A stretch of DNA of 64,000 nt from Oopsacas minuta (lineage: Eukaryota; Animalia; Porifera), in assembly GCA_024704765.1 (NCBI GenBank), contig JAKMXF010000016.1:34292-98291 (forward strand). The letters are read 5' to 3'. This document shows positions 13,546 through 24,700 of this stretch, piece after piece. The notes beneath the pieces are model-generated. The model was not told where the DNA came from. It saw only the letters and a list, made by a program, of their open reading frames with translations, and ran no database searches. Each line of letters starts with the position of its first letter. The stretch's first letter is position 1. A program made the translations under genes and the position numbers.

Positions 13546-14283
13546 TTTTGTGATATCTATGAAAATATTGGTTGCAGTTTAAGGCTGTCCGTTCTTGGGA
13601 GATAAATTTGCATTAAGACACGCCATTCGAGCCAGTTCCCTGTCCGTTTTTCGGAATTCGGAGTTGTCCGCTCCTCGAAGACTGCTTAAGTATTATATGC
13701 TTGGCAAATTCAATCCGTGCCACGAAGTTTGTCAGTAGTAGGGGGTTGTCCGCTTCTCGGAGTGTCCGTTTTGGGAGATTCCACTGTACCATGAATCAGA
13801 GCTATTAAGTATACGAATAGTAACTAATCAGAGAATTTGGTAAACATTATTTGTCTTGAAAACAGATGGAGGTTAGTTGTCAGTATTTGTACTCTTGTTA
13901 TCGTGAAGTTGTTCGTTCAGTGTTACATTTACTTATTACAACATTCCATCTTTTAGACCAAGGGTACTCAAACGGCGATCCTCGTAGCATTTGCTCCTAT
14001 TTTGGATTATTCTGTCCTCCAAGAAACCGTATATTAATTTGTGAAGAAATACTAAGCTTTTAACCTTATTTCTACAGTATTGTCATAACTCTTCTATTCT
14101 AGTAAATATAATGTGAGTATAACAGTTATCTTCAGTATATCAGTAATTACTAAGGATGTATGATGTATTAGGATAAGTAAATTGACATAAAGTCATACAG
14201 GAACACGGTACTGTTATGAGCTAATTATTATACCTCACAAGGTGTCTTTAGTAATGTCTGTTAGTAGGTTTAGGTTAGCTATA

Positions 14284-17260
14284 CACAGTGGGCATTTTTG
14301 GGGGGTGAAATGGAAATAGGAAAACCATGCAAGATAGAGATATATAATGCATTATTAGCCAATAGGAAATTACCCCTGAGAAAACGATTTCTTCATAAAA
14401 AAAAAATCTAGGTCATCTCATTAAAAAGTTATGACGTCATTGACACCTTTCATATTATCATAAATTATAGTTTTTGAGCTTAAAATTCAGTTACTAGACG
14501 CGATAGAAAGCTTATTTTGGATCATAGACACACATTTAACATACCCACATTTTAATAGTATCTTATGCTTCCATCTATTTCAATCATTATTTATTAGCAA
14601 GTTAATTGTGAGAAAAGAATTTCTTGGTCTGGAGGTTCAGAAGAGTGTGTTTTCTTGCTTGCTTTAGTAAATTTTCTATACACATTGAGGACAGGATCAC
14701 TATTACACATCAGTCGTATAAAGATATCTCGAGTATTCAGAGAAAACGACATTTTTCGGGCAAGGTGTTCGCGATACCTTCGAACGAGTTTGTTTGAAAC
14801 TTCAACTGCTTCTTCAGAGAAGACTTTAAGTCCATGGCTATTGTTACAAGTTCTAATGAGTTCTGAAGAATGGGCTAGCAATTTATGCAAGGTTGGACTG
14901 ATGTTTGCCAAGGGAACCTGATTACAATGTATTCGTATGTGTCCTTGCAAAGAATATCCAGTCTTTCAGTGTTTATCTCTCGGTCGCTGTTGTAAATACG
15001 CAAACATACTGAAAGGTTAGTGTGGATGACCTTTATATTTTCATGGTATTCTGTTGGTATCAAGGAACAAACCCAGTAAAGAAATTGGTTTTTGTCCAAG
15101 AAACAATTTCGAGCAACATTGCCAGTTGATGTAGTGCCACCATCACTGCTGGGTTGATCAATCTTCATACCAGTCTTTTCCATCAATAAGCCTGAAACAA
15201 ACTTCATTGAGTTTTTTATGCCTAAGGATGATGGTGACCACTTCCTTGCACCTGATTGCAGATGATAAACGAGGGTCATAAACCATCTGAAGATGCACAA
15301 ATATGAATGTAATGGAGAAGAGCAAATTATATCGATGTCGGAAATAGGTTGGTGAGTCAATCCAAGACGGTCATTGGAACTTAGAGATAGAAATTCTACT
15401 TCATTCACACTTTGAAACAGTTCTTTAGCCGATGTTATTGAACGATTAATAGGAAAACCATCTCGTATAAGTTCGACATCATGCAGTTGTTTGAAAGTCG
15501 CAGTACAGAGTTGGCAGTGAGCACCACCGGCTCCAGATAGAATTCCTGCCATTTTTCCATCGAACATGGTCCTGAGCAGTTTTATCCTCACAAGTCCTTG
15601 CGAGAGTGGTATCCCATTTTCTTCCATGTCTGCTACGTAAGGATTGATATAAGTATCCATTAGATGACGTACATTTTCGCTATTTTCTTTGGCAGCTAGT
15701 AAAGTGACTGGGCGAATCTGAAATTGTGAGTTGGGCCTTTCGTTTTCCCAAATAAGTTTGTTTGCCTGTCGTGAATAGCGAGAGGTTTGAAAGCAAAGAG
15801 AATGAAATTTTTGGAACCAATATCTGGTGACTCTTGAATCTGATTATAAACTTGATGGGATCCAGATCCATCCAAACCATCTGTTGCAGAAAATGTCAAC
15901 GGGAATTCAAATTCAGAATCTGTGGGAAGTGATTCGAGTAGGCGGGAAATTGTCTGTTTGATGATAGAGATGTAAGATATCCCTACTCCCATAGGTGCAT
16001 CAGACACATTGCGGATAAAAATGAATTCCTTCTCCAGAGTAATATCTGCTCGATACTGGGAAATTAGCTCATACTTAGGGAATAGTACATTGTCTGACTT
16101 ACAAAGTCTCCTCAATTCAATGTACTTTCGCTTACCTATTTCCAGTTGCCCTAGGAGGAACGTAGACTTAGCGATTGAGATGTGTGTCTTTATATTGCCT
16201 TGAAATGTGCCCTTGCTGACTATTTCCAGACAGAAGGAACTGGTGGAGTAATCTCCTGAAGAAGATGAGACAAATTGCAGAGCCATGGCTGCCATCGTTT
16301 TGCTATCCACGTTCTCACTAGCTGCTAAGCTTTTAATCAGGGCTAAAAGAGGTTCCAGACGTACCCTTTGTCCTTTAATCGTTAATTCTAGGAGTGGTTT
16401 CCTGATAGCCTTTGCATGAACATGATTAGGAGTACAAATATCACCTTCAGACGATAACCGCCTCTTCTCTGCCAATGTTGAATTGTCAAAGAATATCATA
16501 TCATCCCATGTATTTAGGTCGTTTCTTTTACGAAATATCTCTCTATCACCCTTCAACTCAACGAATTTGTATCGGATACAACTATAATATTTATCATCAA
16601 GTTGCTGACTATCCATAAATACGATTGTTGCATCTCTGACAGATTTACGTGAGGATAGAAAGCCAAAAGCTTCCTTGTTATTCATAATGCTAATATTTCA
16701 TAGGGAAATTTTACATTAAAGTTACACCCATTCAAATGAATGTTTGATACTTTGGGCGCCCTCCGGCGGGTCTAAACTATTATATTTTTTGAATGTATTA
16801 TTATAACCTACATTTTAAGACCAGTGAGAGTTCACGCAACGAAACGCCACAACAAGTTTCAGCATAAAATATCCTGTGGACGCCGAAAAAAATGTCCTAA
16901 ATAGTCATCGCGTTTTATCTAGTTTTAGAATAGAAAGTTAGAAACCAAACGACATTTCAAGATGTAAATTAGATACTTGAAATATAAATGTTTCATTATT
17001 GTAAAGGAATTCTTTCTTCTTAGTTGCAAGTGCTAAAAATATAACTATGAAACTTGATCGATTTTGATATACCACACAACAGAAATTCCAATTACAAGAA
17101 GCCGCAAATATTCATCACCATAACAACCAATTTACTTGTTGAATCAGAATGAAATTACTAATTTCTAGGTTTGAAACGATTGTGAATTCAATGATAAAAA
17201 GGAAATACAATTCTGAGGGGGTAAAAATTTCATGCTATTTCCAGCAAAAAGCCCACTGTG
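14284..17260 (-). mobile_element. Full-length Transib / RAG1-like DNA transposon (2977 bp)
   Basis: Both ends begin CACAGTGGGC (14284-14293; reverse complement at 17251-17260). 5-bp TSD CTATA at 14279-14283 and 17261-17265. Internal Transib/RAG1-type transposase; empty-site paralog at ~23830-23995. Confidence 0.95.
14594..16685 (-). pseudogene. Transib/RAG1-like transposase (~697 aa reconstructed), two 1-bp frameshifts
   Basis: Joining three ORFs (frameshifts at ~15760 and ~14908) gives RKPLLELTIKGQRVRL (NBD-like), TDGLDGSGS (D, 15870-15872), WENERPNSQFQIRPV, MFDGK (D, 15559-15561), HCQLC, SPLHSYL, STGNVAR, HKLLAH, SEEAVEVSNK (E, 14801-14803) and RLMCNSDP. Confidence 0.92.
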
Positions 17261-17679
17261 CTATAGGTAGGAGCAGTTATACTATTAGAATGTTTGTCTA
17301 ATTTGTTTGTATTTCTATTTACTATTTACTCAGTATTGCCTTAGCATTATTCTATAGTCTTGAACAGTACTATCCCATTTTGACCGGATTAACTGGTGGA
17401 GTCTACTGTATTTCATTTTTGCTGTATAACAATACTAGATACTTTCCTAAGGTGTGAAATGATTAATATTGATCTGACTGAACCCTGACTAACTGGATCG
17501 TCTCAAATGGAACTAAGTTTAGTGATATATGCTAACAGCTACTATTTTCCGTTTTCTCTTAACAGCTTAGCTGTTTCCATTCCTGTAACTATTCGATATG
17601 TAATAATTCAATTATCATTACTCAGGTTACTCTTATTTATATAATAATTCTATTCAACAAAACATACGTAGATTGTATA

Positions 17680-19117
17680 ATGGCAGAGAAGATAACAGAC
17701 TCAGAAGGGAGAGAGGACCTGGTCTACATAAAGACAGAGAATGGTAGCTACAGAGGCTGGAGGGTTGATTTATTGGTAGAGAACTTATCAAGCAAAATGG
17801 AACTGAAACTATTATTATGTAGCTCCTGTAAAGGAATGTTAAGAGATGCTTGTCTCTATGAAGAAGAATTGAGGTGTGGTGTCTGCATTCCTGAGGGTGT
17901 AGCATGGCAACCAGTAAAGATGAACCGTGAAATTGTCTCCGATAAAATGGTAGTTTATTTGTTGTTATTTACAAATGTTTGTTTGTGTCTACAGATGAGT
18001 TATTTATTTGTAGATTAGTTGTCCCCTAAAGAAGAGAGGGTGTGAATGGAGTGACACAGTGACTTCAGCAATACACCACCTGGAAGAATGTGAGTTCTTT
18101 CCTGTACTGTGTCCTCTGGGTTGTGTCTGTCTAGATGGAGAGAGGAAGGGGAAAGTTCTGAAACTAGAGAAGAGACTGGTTCCAGAACACCAGAGAGACT
18201 CGTGTCCCTTAAGAGAACTTGTGTGTGAATTCTGTATGAATAAAGTGAAGGCTTGTGAGATGAATCCTCATTTGGAGGACTGTGGGCATTTTCCAGTTCC
18301 TTGTCCTAATGGATGTGTGAAAGAAGGAGAGGAAGTGACCAAACAAATGAAGAGGAGAGATGTTCCTGTCCATCTAGCTGACCTGTGTCCTCTACAGAAA
18401 GTAGAGTGTCCTTATTGGATCTATGGATGTAGAGAGGAGATGGAGAGGAAAGAGATGGATCTTCATGAAAGAGAATTCATGCACATTCACTTCAGATTAT
18501 CCATGACTGATATGAAACAGAAACAAATTCAAACATCTCAAGAATTGGATAGAGCAACTGAGAGAATAATATTCTTAGAAAATGAAAGTAAAACAAAAGA
18601 GCTATCAAAAGTTAATTCAGAACTGAAATCAATTATAGAAGTACTCTCTTCTTATACACCTCTGCCTTTATCTACAGGACAATTGGAATGGAAGATTAAA
18701 GGTGTTAAACAGAAGATAGAAAACAAAGAGTATACTTACAGTGATCCATTCTATGTAGGTTTATATAAGTGTCAGGGCTGTATTGAATGGAATTGGTTAA
18801 ATTTAGGTAGAGCATATGTTTACATTTGCATTATGAAAGGAGGTTATGATGATAAACTACACTGGCCTATCAGATACAAATATACGTTTATTCTACTCAA
18901 TCACATTAACAGTAATAATAATTATGAAATCACTAAGCAAGTAACTAAGGAAGATTTGGAGAATTTTGCTGATCGCTTCAAGAGACCTACTCAGCTGAGA
19001 AATGAAGGTTTAGGAACTTATTCATTCATTTCAAACACTGAAATATTAGAAGCTAAATATTGTAAAGAAGACAGCATAACTCTTCTAATTAAAATAGAAT
19101 TGTTACCATCATTATAA
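17680..19117 (+). CDS. TNF receptor-associated factor (TRAF)-like, copy 1; 2 exons
   Basis: Exon 17680-17949, 64-nt GT-AG intron 17950-18013, exon 18014-19117 in frame. Degenerate RING, TRAF zinc fingers (CPLGC...H...CP), coiled coil and MATH domain (WKIKG, YSDPFY, LHWP, F.RP). Confidence 0.92.
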
Positions 19118-19849
19118 CTTTATTTGTATTTTTGTTTACTCCTTACTCATACTGTATTTTCCTGAACATTAGTATATTGATTATTTCCATTATTCATAAC
19201 TAACACAGATTATTTCTTTTCTAAATATTCTATAGTCTATTAAATACTTTCAACAGTTTTCTTAATTTGTAACTTTGAAGCTCCGTTTTGGCCCGATTAA
19301 CCTGTGTGTCTATTTCATTTTTGCTGTATAACATTTCTGTATTCATCACTTCTACTCCTATTGATATCATTATATCCCAATTTGTTTCTACAATACTTGT
19401 CTCCTGTCACTAACTTAATAATCAACAACGGAATAATTAACAAACAAGTAAACAGCATTGTCATACTCATATCTCAATGGAATGAAACCATCTTTGAAGT
19501 GGCCAGCTGGCGAGTATTTCTCATAACAGCTATTTAGTCATATTTCTGCCACAATTCTTGTAATTTCATTTTCCACAAAAAACTCCCGCCCGAACAGAGA
19601 TTAATTCACGCCTTTTTCTCCTGAATTAGAAATCCAGAAAACGGACGATGCGATTAAACAGAGCGTATAAAATATGCCATATAAGGGCCTTGGTTATGAG
19701 AATGAATGTGCTTAAGGAATGTGAGAACCACGCGAGTATTAGGTGAGTGGGATTTGCTAATTTCTCACATTGTATAGCTAGAACATTTTCGTTATTTATC
19801 CTCAGGACATCTAGGGGGCCTCTCTGTCTGGTTGATGCTTGTCAATACC

Positions 19850-20110
19850 TACAATTATTTCCATTCCTGAGTCAATCCGGGGCCTGTCTCTCTGTCGCGT
19901 CCTTCTCAATCATTAGGTTAGGTATACCGGCGGTTACAGCTGCTGCCATCCCTCCGTTCCATCGAATCGAGTGATTATCTCCATCGCTCGGTCGCACAAT
20001 TGGTCTGTTAGTGTCACCATGAAATATCATGAACCCAGGGGTCTGCTACCCATCCTATTCCTGTCTCCTGCTGGAGGACAATCTGAAACTAATTGCAATT
20101 ATTTCCTTAA
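19850..20110 (-). mobile_element. Tyrosine-recombinase remnant (DIRS/Ngaro/Crypton-like)
   Basis: Minus-strand HSIR-x-GGMAAAVTAGIPNLMIEK resembles YR box II (HSFRIGAATAAAAAG.P...I); upstream CP..A...RMGSRP. Heavily decayed. Confidence 0.45.
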
Positions 20111-20791
20111 AAGGAATTTTCCAGAGAGAATGTGTATCGAGAATTATGTCAGAGCTAGGTGGTGGAATGTGGCGTCTGTTTGTGTCCCGCCTCTTCTGAT
20201 GCAAATGGTTACTCTCCACCCAGTCAGGATTGTTAAGAAAGGAAATACTTTAATTTGTAAGTAACCTAACACTTCTCATAGTTCTTATAGAGATAGCCTT
20301 GCTAGGATACCAGATAGCTCACAAGGAATTTGGCCTTCCCAGTGAATGGCACAAGAATTCCTTTCTTAAAAATACAAGAGAGTCTATTTTCTTATAAATA
20401 TTCTAATCATAAAATAATCTCAGCGCCACATGCATTACAACCATCTAAGAGACACTTAATCTCATTATCCTATTGGCTAACAGATTCAGCTCAGGATCTA
20501 ATTTATTTTGACCTTCAATTCTGATTTATTTGTTACTAGGTGGCAGATTAGTTGCTATGGTAACGTGATTCCCATGACCTTGTTAACACCTCAGGAAGTA
20601 TATCCATTTAACATATTTGTGTATATTTTCACACCTTTTGTTGTATACTTAATATGAGCCTTTGTCTCGTCGCTTCGCGATGAGCTACCCGCATTGCGCC
20701 TCGAGGGAGCCATTATTCTCCTAATGGACAGCACCTTTGAGTATTATAATATAAATATTTAGAACAATTGAATTCACAAATATACATAAAT

Positions 20792-21243
20792 GGGGAATGC
20801 TGAATCTGTCCTACGATTATTCTAAGTTCGGAATCTTTCCTACGGTAAATTAGATTCCATTGAAATGTCTATATTGTGAGTTGTGATGGATCGTTGGATT
20901 TTTTTGTTTTAGAAAGATTGTGTAGATTTTTTAGAAATTAAAGAAATTAAAGGAAGCATTGGCGTTAAAAAGAAGATATTTATAGAAATTAAGAGATAAT
21001 TATAGGAAAAATGATGTGATAGCACTTTGTATATTATTAATTTTATACGGATAGGATTGGGAGGGGATTAGGGATTTAGTTCACTACCTTATGGGTTTGG
21101 GAGTTTTCATTTGTGTTCGTTATAAAGCTACCTAGGGACAGGAATGTGGACATTATACTAATCATTAAGTATTTTATCTATTATATTATTAGGAAAATTA
21201 GGACAGATTCTGGTAATATAGTTGTACAGAATCAGGCGACTCC
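20792..21243. mobile_element. Foldback-type TIR element with central GGGGATTAGGGATTT motif
   Basis: Imperfect inverted ends GGGGAATGCTGAATCTG / CAGAATCAGGCGACTCC. The central core is shared with 40276-40809, 55897-56523 and ~53420-53490. Confidence 0.55.
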
Positions 21244-21799
21244 AAACAAACATACATACAAACAGACGAAGGGATTCCTGACCTGTCTGCTGGTTGCTAG
21301 GTAATAATATACAACTTAAATGTTACGATAATTACAATCTAGTAATTAGCTAATTGGTTCGATAATCTTACCACGACGTAGCAACGTAGCTCAGCATTAG
21401 GAATGTTCAATTTCAATCGTGATACTTTTCAGGAAATTTATGTCATAATAGCCACATATTATTGTACACATGGAATTTTAGGAATAGTGTCATGTTATTT
21501 CCAAATATGCAATGATTTGGTGAACAAACCACTTTTGACACTCAGTAGACTTTAAATGAATACAACTTAACGGCTACAAGGTGTGAATTAATGATGGGGA
21601 TCATTCGCCATATTTGATTTCTTATTTCTAGTCAAATAGAGAGACACATTTCAAGAATATTTCTCCTTTAAATAGGAGGGACTAATAACTAGCAGTACTT
21701 CGTATCTTTTCTGTCATTCAACTACGAGCAACCTACTACTTCAGTGATACCATTTGCATACTTTTGTCGGTCTGGGCCCTCTGGAGCTTTGGTAGAGTA

Positions 21800-22085
21800 C
21801 ATGAAAATATTTTCTGCATGCCAAACACGCATACACGTTGTTATTGGTGAGAGAAATTGAACTTAAAATTTCAAAATCTAAATCTAAAACAGCTCTGTCG
21901 ATTGTGTCGAGGTAAAGACACCTAATCGTGTCACTTGATGTGTTTGGTTCCAGCTTGTCATTAGTTTCAGTTCCGGAATGGGGGTGGGCTCGTTTAGAGC
22001 TTGGCTCATCGCTTTCAGAGGGTTCAGCGCCACTATTCGAGCCACTTTTCGTGATGTTTATGGCAATTGTGTCTTCATTTATGGC
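21800..22085 (-). pseudogene. USP39: USP39/Sad1 N-terminal (zf-UBP) fragment
   Basis: CLYLDTIDRAVLDLDFEILSSISLTNNNVYACLACRKYF matches the USP39 motif CPYLDTINRSVLDFDFEKLCSISLS..N.YACLVCGKYF. The sequence stops after this; no USP catalytic domain follows. Confidence 0.75.
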
Positions 22086-22274
22086 AGTAGTGGGAAACCT
22101 AGTTCCTAGAGTGTCACGTTTAGATATAATAATGCTGGAATTTGATTGGTTACAATTGAGTAATTGAAAATGTAAATTGTAACTAATTAAGCATCCACTA
22201 TGCCACAATTCTCCAAATTTCCATTTAGTATATTTCATATTGTATAATTTATTTACTGATATCATAAAGATATA

Positions 22275-23534
22275 TTATAAACATGAAAATATTCGTAAAC
22301 AATAATCACTATGCAAATACACAAGTACTAAATTTAGATCTTTCGTTAGAACTAATCCTTGCCCTAATCCTAGCGGGTAGGTTAACCTTTCATCTTGTCT
22401 TCCTATTTCTATAGTATGAATGAGAGTTCCTTCTTTATTGAATATCTTCACTTTACCAAACATGTAATCACTGATAATTATATTCTTTGCTGAGTCTATA
22501 CAGAAGAAATGGGAATCACAAACATCCCTCTGTCTACCCATAGACACCAGAGAACGGAGTCTCTCTCCCGCGTGAGATAGCACCAGTATACAGGGATTGT
22601 CAACACAGAGCACGTAGACCTCATCAGCTGTCAGTTTGATGTCACGGGGGTACTTAATTGGCTGTTCAGTGAGGTTTCGTATGGATTGTAGAGAGCTGTT
22701 GAGGATCTGGATTCTGTGGTTACAGTAATCTGTCACGTATACGTCTCCGTTAGTAGAGACAGCGAGGTTATGAGGATCGTTAAACTGTCCTATCTGAGAT
22801 CCTCTAGTCCCTAGCTCAGCGATCAGAGGGTAGCTAGTCTCTATTTTGAAGAGGAACACTGCATGTACTCGTGTATCTGTGACGTATACATTATCCACAT
22901 GTATAGCTATACCGTATGGATGGTGCATATCCATGTGGTTAAAGCTGTCTAGGTAGTCTCCTCCATCTGTAAAGATGGAAATACGTGCTTGTGGGCCGGA
23001 TAAGCTTGGTACCCCCTCTGTAACAAAAATCCTGTTGGTATTGTAGTCAATAACTACAGCTCGAGGATCATTCAACTCTCCATGAGCTGTCCCTCTCTTC
23101 ACAACAGCTACTACCTCTCTCATAGCTTGGTAATTGTGTATGATTGGTACCTCCTCCTCTAGAACCTCTCCCAGTTCTGCAATCAACTGCTCTAGGTGTT
23201 CGGATTGGTTCCTGAATACAATATGGGTCTCAGGCTGGTGTGCATTAACCTCTGCTAATTTTAGCTCTATATCAGCTAGAATTCTCTCCTGCAGCTCTTG
23301 GAGTTCATTAATTTGGAGACGACGCTCCGTATCGGCCTTTATCCCGACCAGTTCCTCAAACTTTTTAATTCGGGCTGATCTCCTCGCTGCCTTTTCGTCA
23401 CGTAGTTCGTGGTACCTGTTTAGGAGAGCTGCCCGTCTCTGGTTGAGGCGATAAACAATCCGATCGACTAGGTCATTGATTTTTGTCTCGATAGGGTCTA
23501 CGGGAGCAATTACTGGGGCGTTATAATGTGCTAT
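22275..23534 (-). CDS. Coiled-coil + NHL-repeat protein, copy 1 (start codon uncertain)
   Basis: Open frame of 420 codons from ATA 23534. N-terminal coiled coil, then NHL repeats (LNDPRAVVID, HPYGIAIH, FNDPHNLAV..NGDVYVTDYCNHRIQIL, YPRDIKL). No ATG until well inside the frame. Confidence 0.8.
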   Translation of the reverse strand: MAHYNAPVIAPVDPIETKINDLVDRIVYRLNQRRAALLNRYHELRDEKAARRSARIKKFEELVGIKADTERRLQINELQELQERILADIELKLAEVNAHQPETHIVFRNQSEHLEQLIAELGEVLEEEVPIIHNYQAMREVVAVVKRGTAHGELNDPRAVVIDYNTNRIFVTEGVPSLSGPQARISIFTDGGDYLDSFNHMDMHHPYGIAIHVDNVYVTDTRVHAVFLFKIETSYPLIAELGTRGSQIGQFNDPHNLAVSTNGDVYVTDYCNHRIQILNSSLQSIRNLTEQPIKYPRDIKLTADEVYVLCVDNPCILVLSHAGERLRSLVSMGRQRDVCDSHFFCIDSAKNIIISDYMFGKVKIFNKEGTLIHTIEIGRQDERLTYPLGLGQGLVLTKDLNLVLVYLHSDYCLRIFSCL

Positions 23535-23829
23535 TTGTTGTTATTTATTTCTAAAAGTATGAAAAAAGAAAAACAGTTAGTGAGTTATTATAAACAAATA
23601 TTCTGGTGTCTTATATTAGCAGAGCTGTCTTATAACTACAGACAACTTCTGTTATATCTAAGCTAAAGGGACCACTTAGATATAACCGATGGAATATATG
23701 TTACATTGACGGTTTTGTACCATATTTGTACATTTTCACACTTCGATATAAGCGGGGAGGGAGCACTAGCTGGCGGTATGGCGGCGGACGCGAAGTATGT
23801 AATAATACTCCGGTTAAGCGTGTTCAAGA

Positions 23830-23995
23830 CTAAAGTAATACTAAGTAAATAGTAAATAGTAAATAGAAATAACAACAAATTAGACAAACATTCTAATAGT
23901 ATAACTGCTCCTATTTATAGCTAACCTAAACCTACTAACAAACATTACTAAAGACACCTTGTGAGGTATACTAATTAGCTCATAACAAGCCTCCC
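23830..23995 (-). repeat. Uninterrupted paralog (empty site) of the repeat hosting the Transib element
   Basis: The reverse complement reads ...GTAGGTTTAGGTTAG CTATA AATAGGAGCAGTTATACTATTAG..., i.e. 14210-14283 joined to 17266-17345 with a single CTATA (TATAG at 23916-23920). Confidence 0.9.
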
Positions 23996-24295
23996 TACAT
24001 CCACCACTGGATTAGCGGGTATTTCAATATCAGTTAATCATATTTTCACACCTTTTTAACTATAGCAAAATGAATGATATGGAGAATATCAGAATAGTTG
24101 CTCAATTCCTCTACGAGCACAATAATATAACCAACTTAAAGCCATTTTAAAATGAAAGTGGCACTGAATTTGTGGCAGAAAGTATAGCCCACAAAACGGG
24201 AGAATTGGACCTAATTTTGGACGAGCATTGCCTCCAAAAAATCAAATATAATCATCTTTGACCCTATTTGATCGATTCCCCAAAGGTGACAAGCT

Positions 24296-24700
24296 GTGAC
24301 ACATTCCACCATCTCGTATTTGTGGCGCATCGAAGATATGACGTGTGGTAAGAATGTAATTGTATCGTGTTTTAAGACAAGATGGCACACTTTTGTGACA
24401 GCCTCAGATGCTCTCTTATATAAAGTAAATTTAGGCGGGGAAATAGATAAAGTAGCAGCCGACATTTTAGCCACAATTGATAAAGAAATGCCACTAAATG
24501 AGCCACTTGCTAAGTCATTAACACCTATACCAACCACTTACAATATAGACAAAGGCACCATTTTAAGTATAGATATGCATTCATGCCACCGAGACATAAT
24601 TGTGTCGAGTTCAATGGATAGAAGTGTCGCGATTTGTGACACATCGCTTTACCCAGAAGACACAGATCTGATCAAACAAAATTCAGAGATGAAATATGTG
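24296..24700 (+). pseudogene. WD40-repeat gene fragment
   Basis: ILSIDMHSCHRDIIVSSSMDRSVAICD fits a WD40 repeat. Stops upstream, possible donor GTAGGT at ~24700, no other exons seen. Confidence 0.4.

Noticed and set aside
14284-17260. RAG2-like partner gene inside the Transib element
   Set aside because: Only ~310 bp and ~575 bp of non-transposase sequence remain; no kelch-like or PHD ORF on either strand.
21928-23454. Plus-strand ORFs 21928-22167 and 23134-23454
   Set aside because: Antisense to the USP39 fragment and the NHL coiled-coil coding region.
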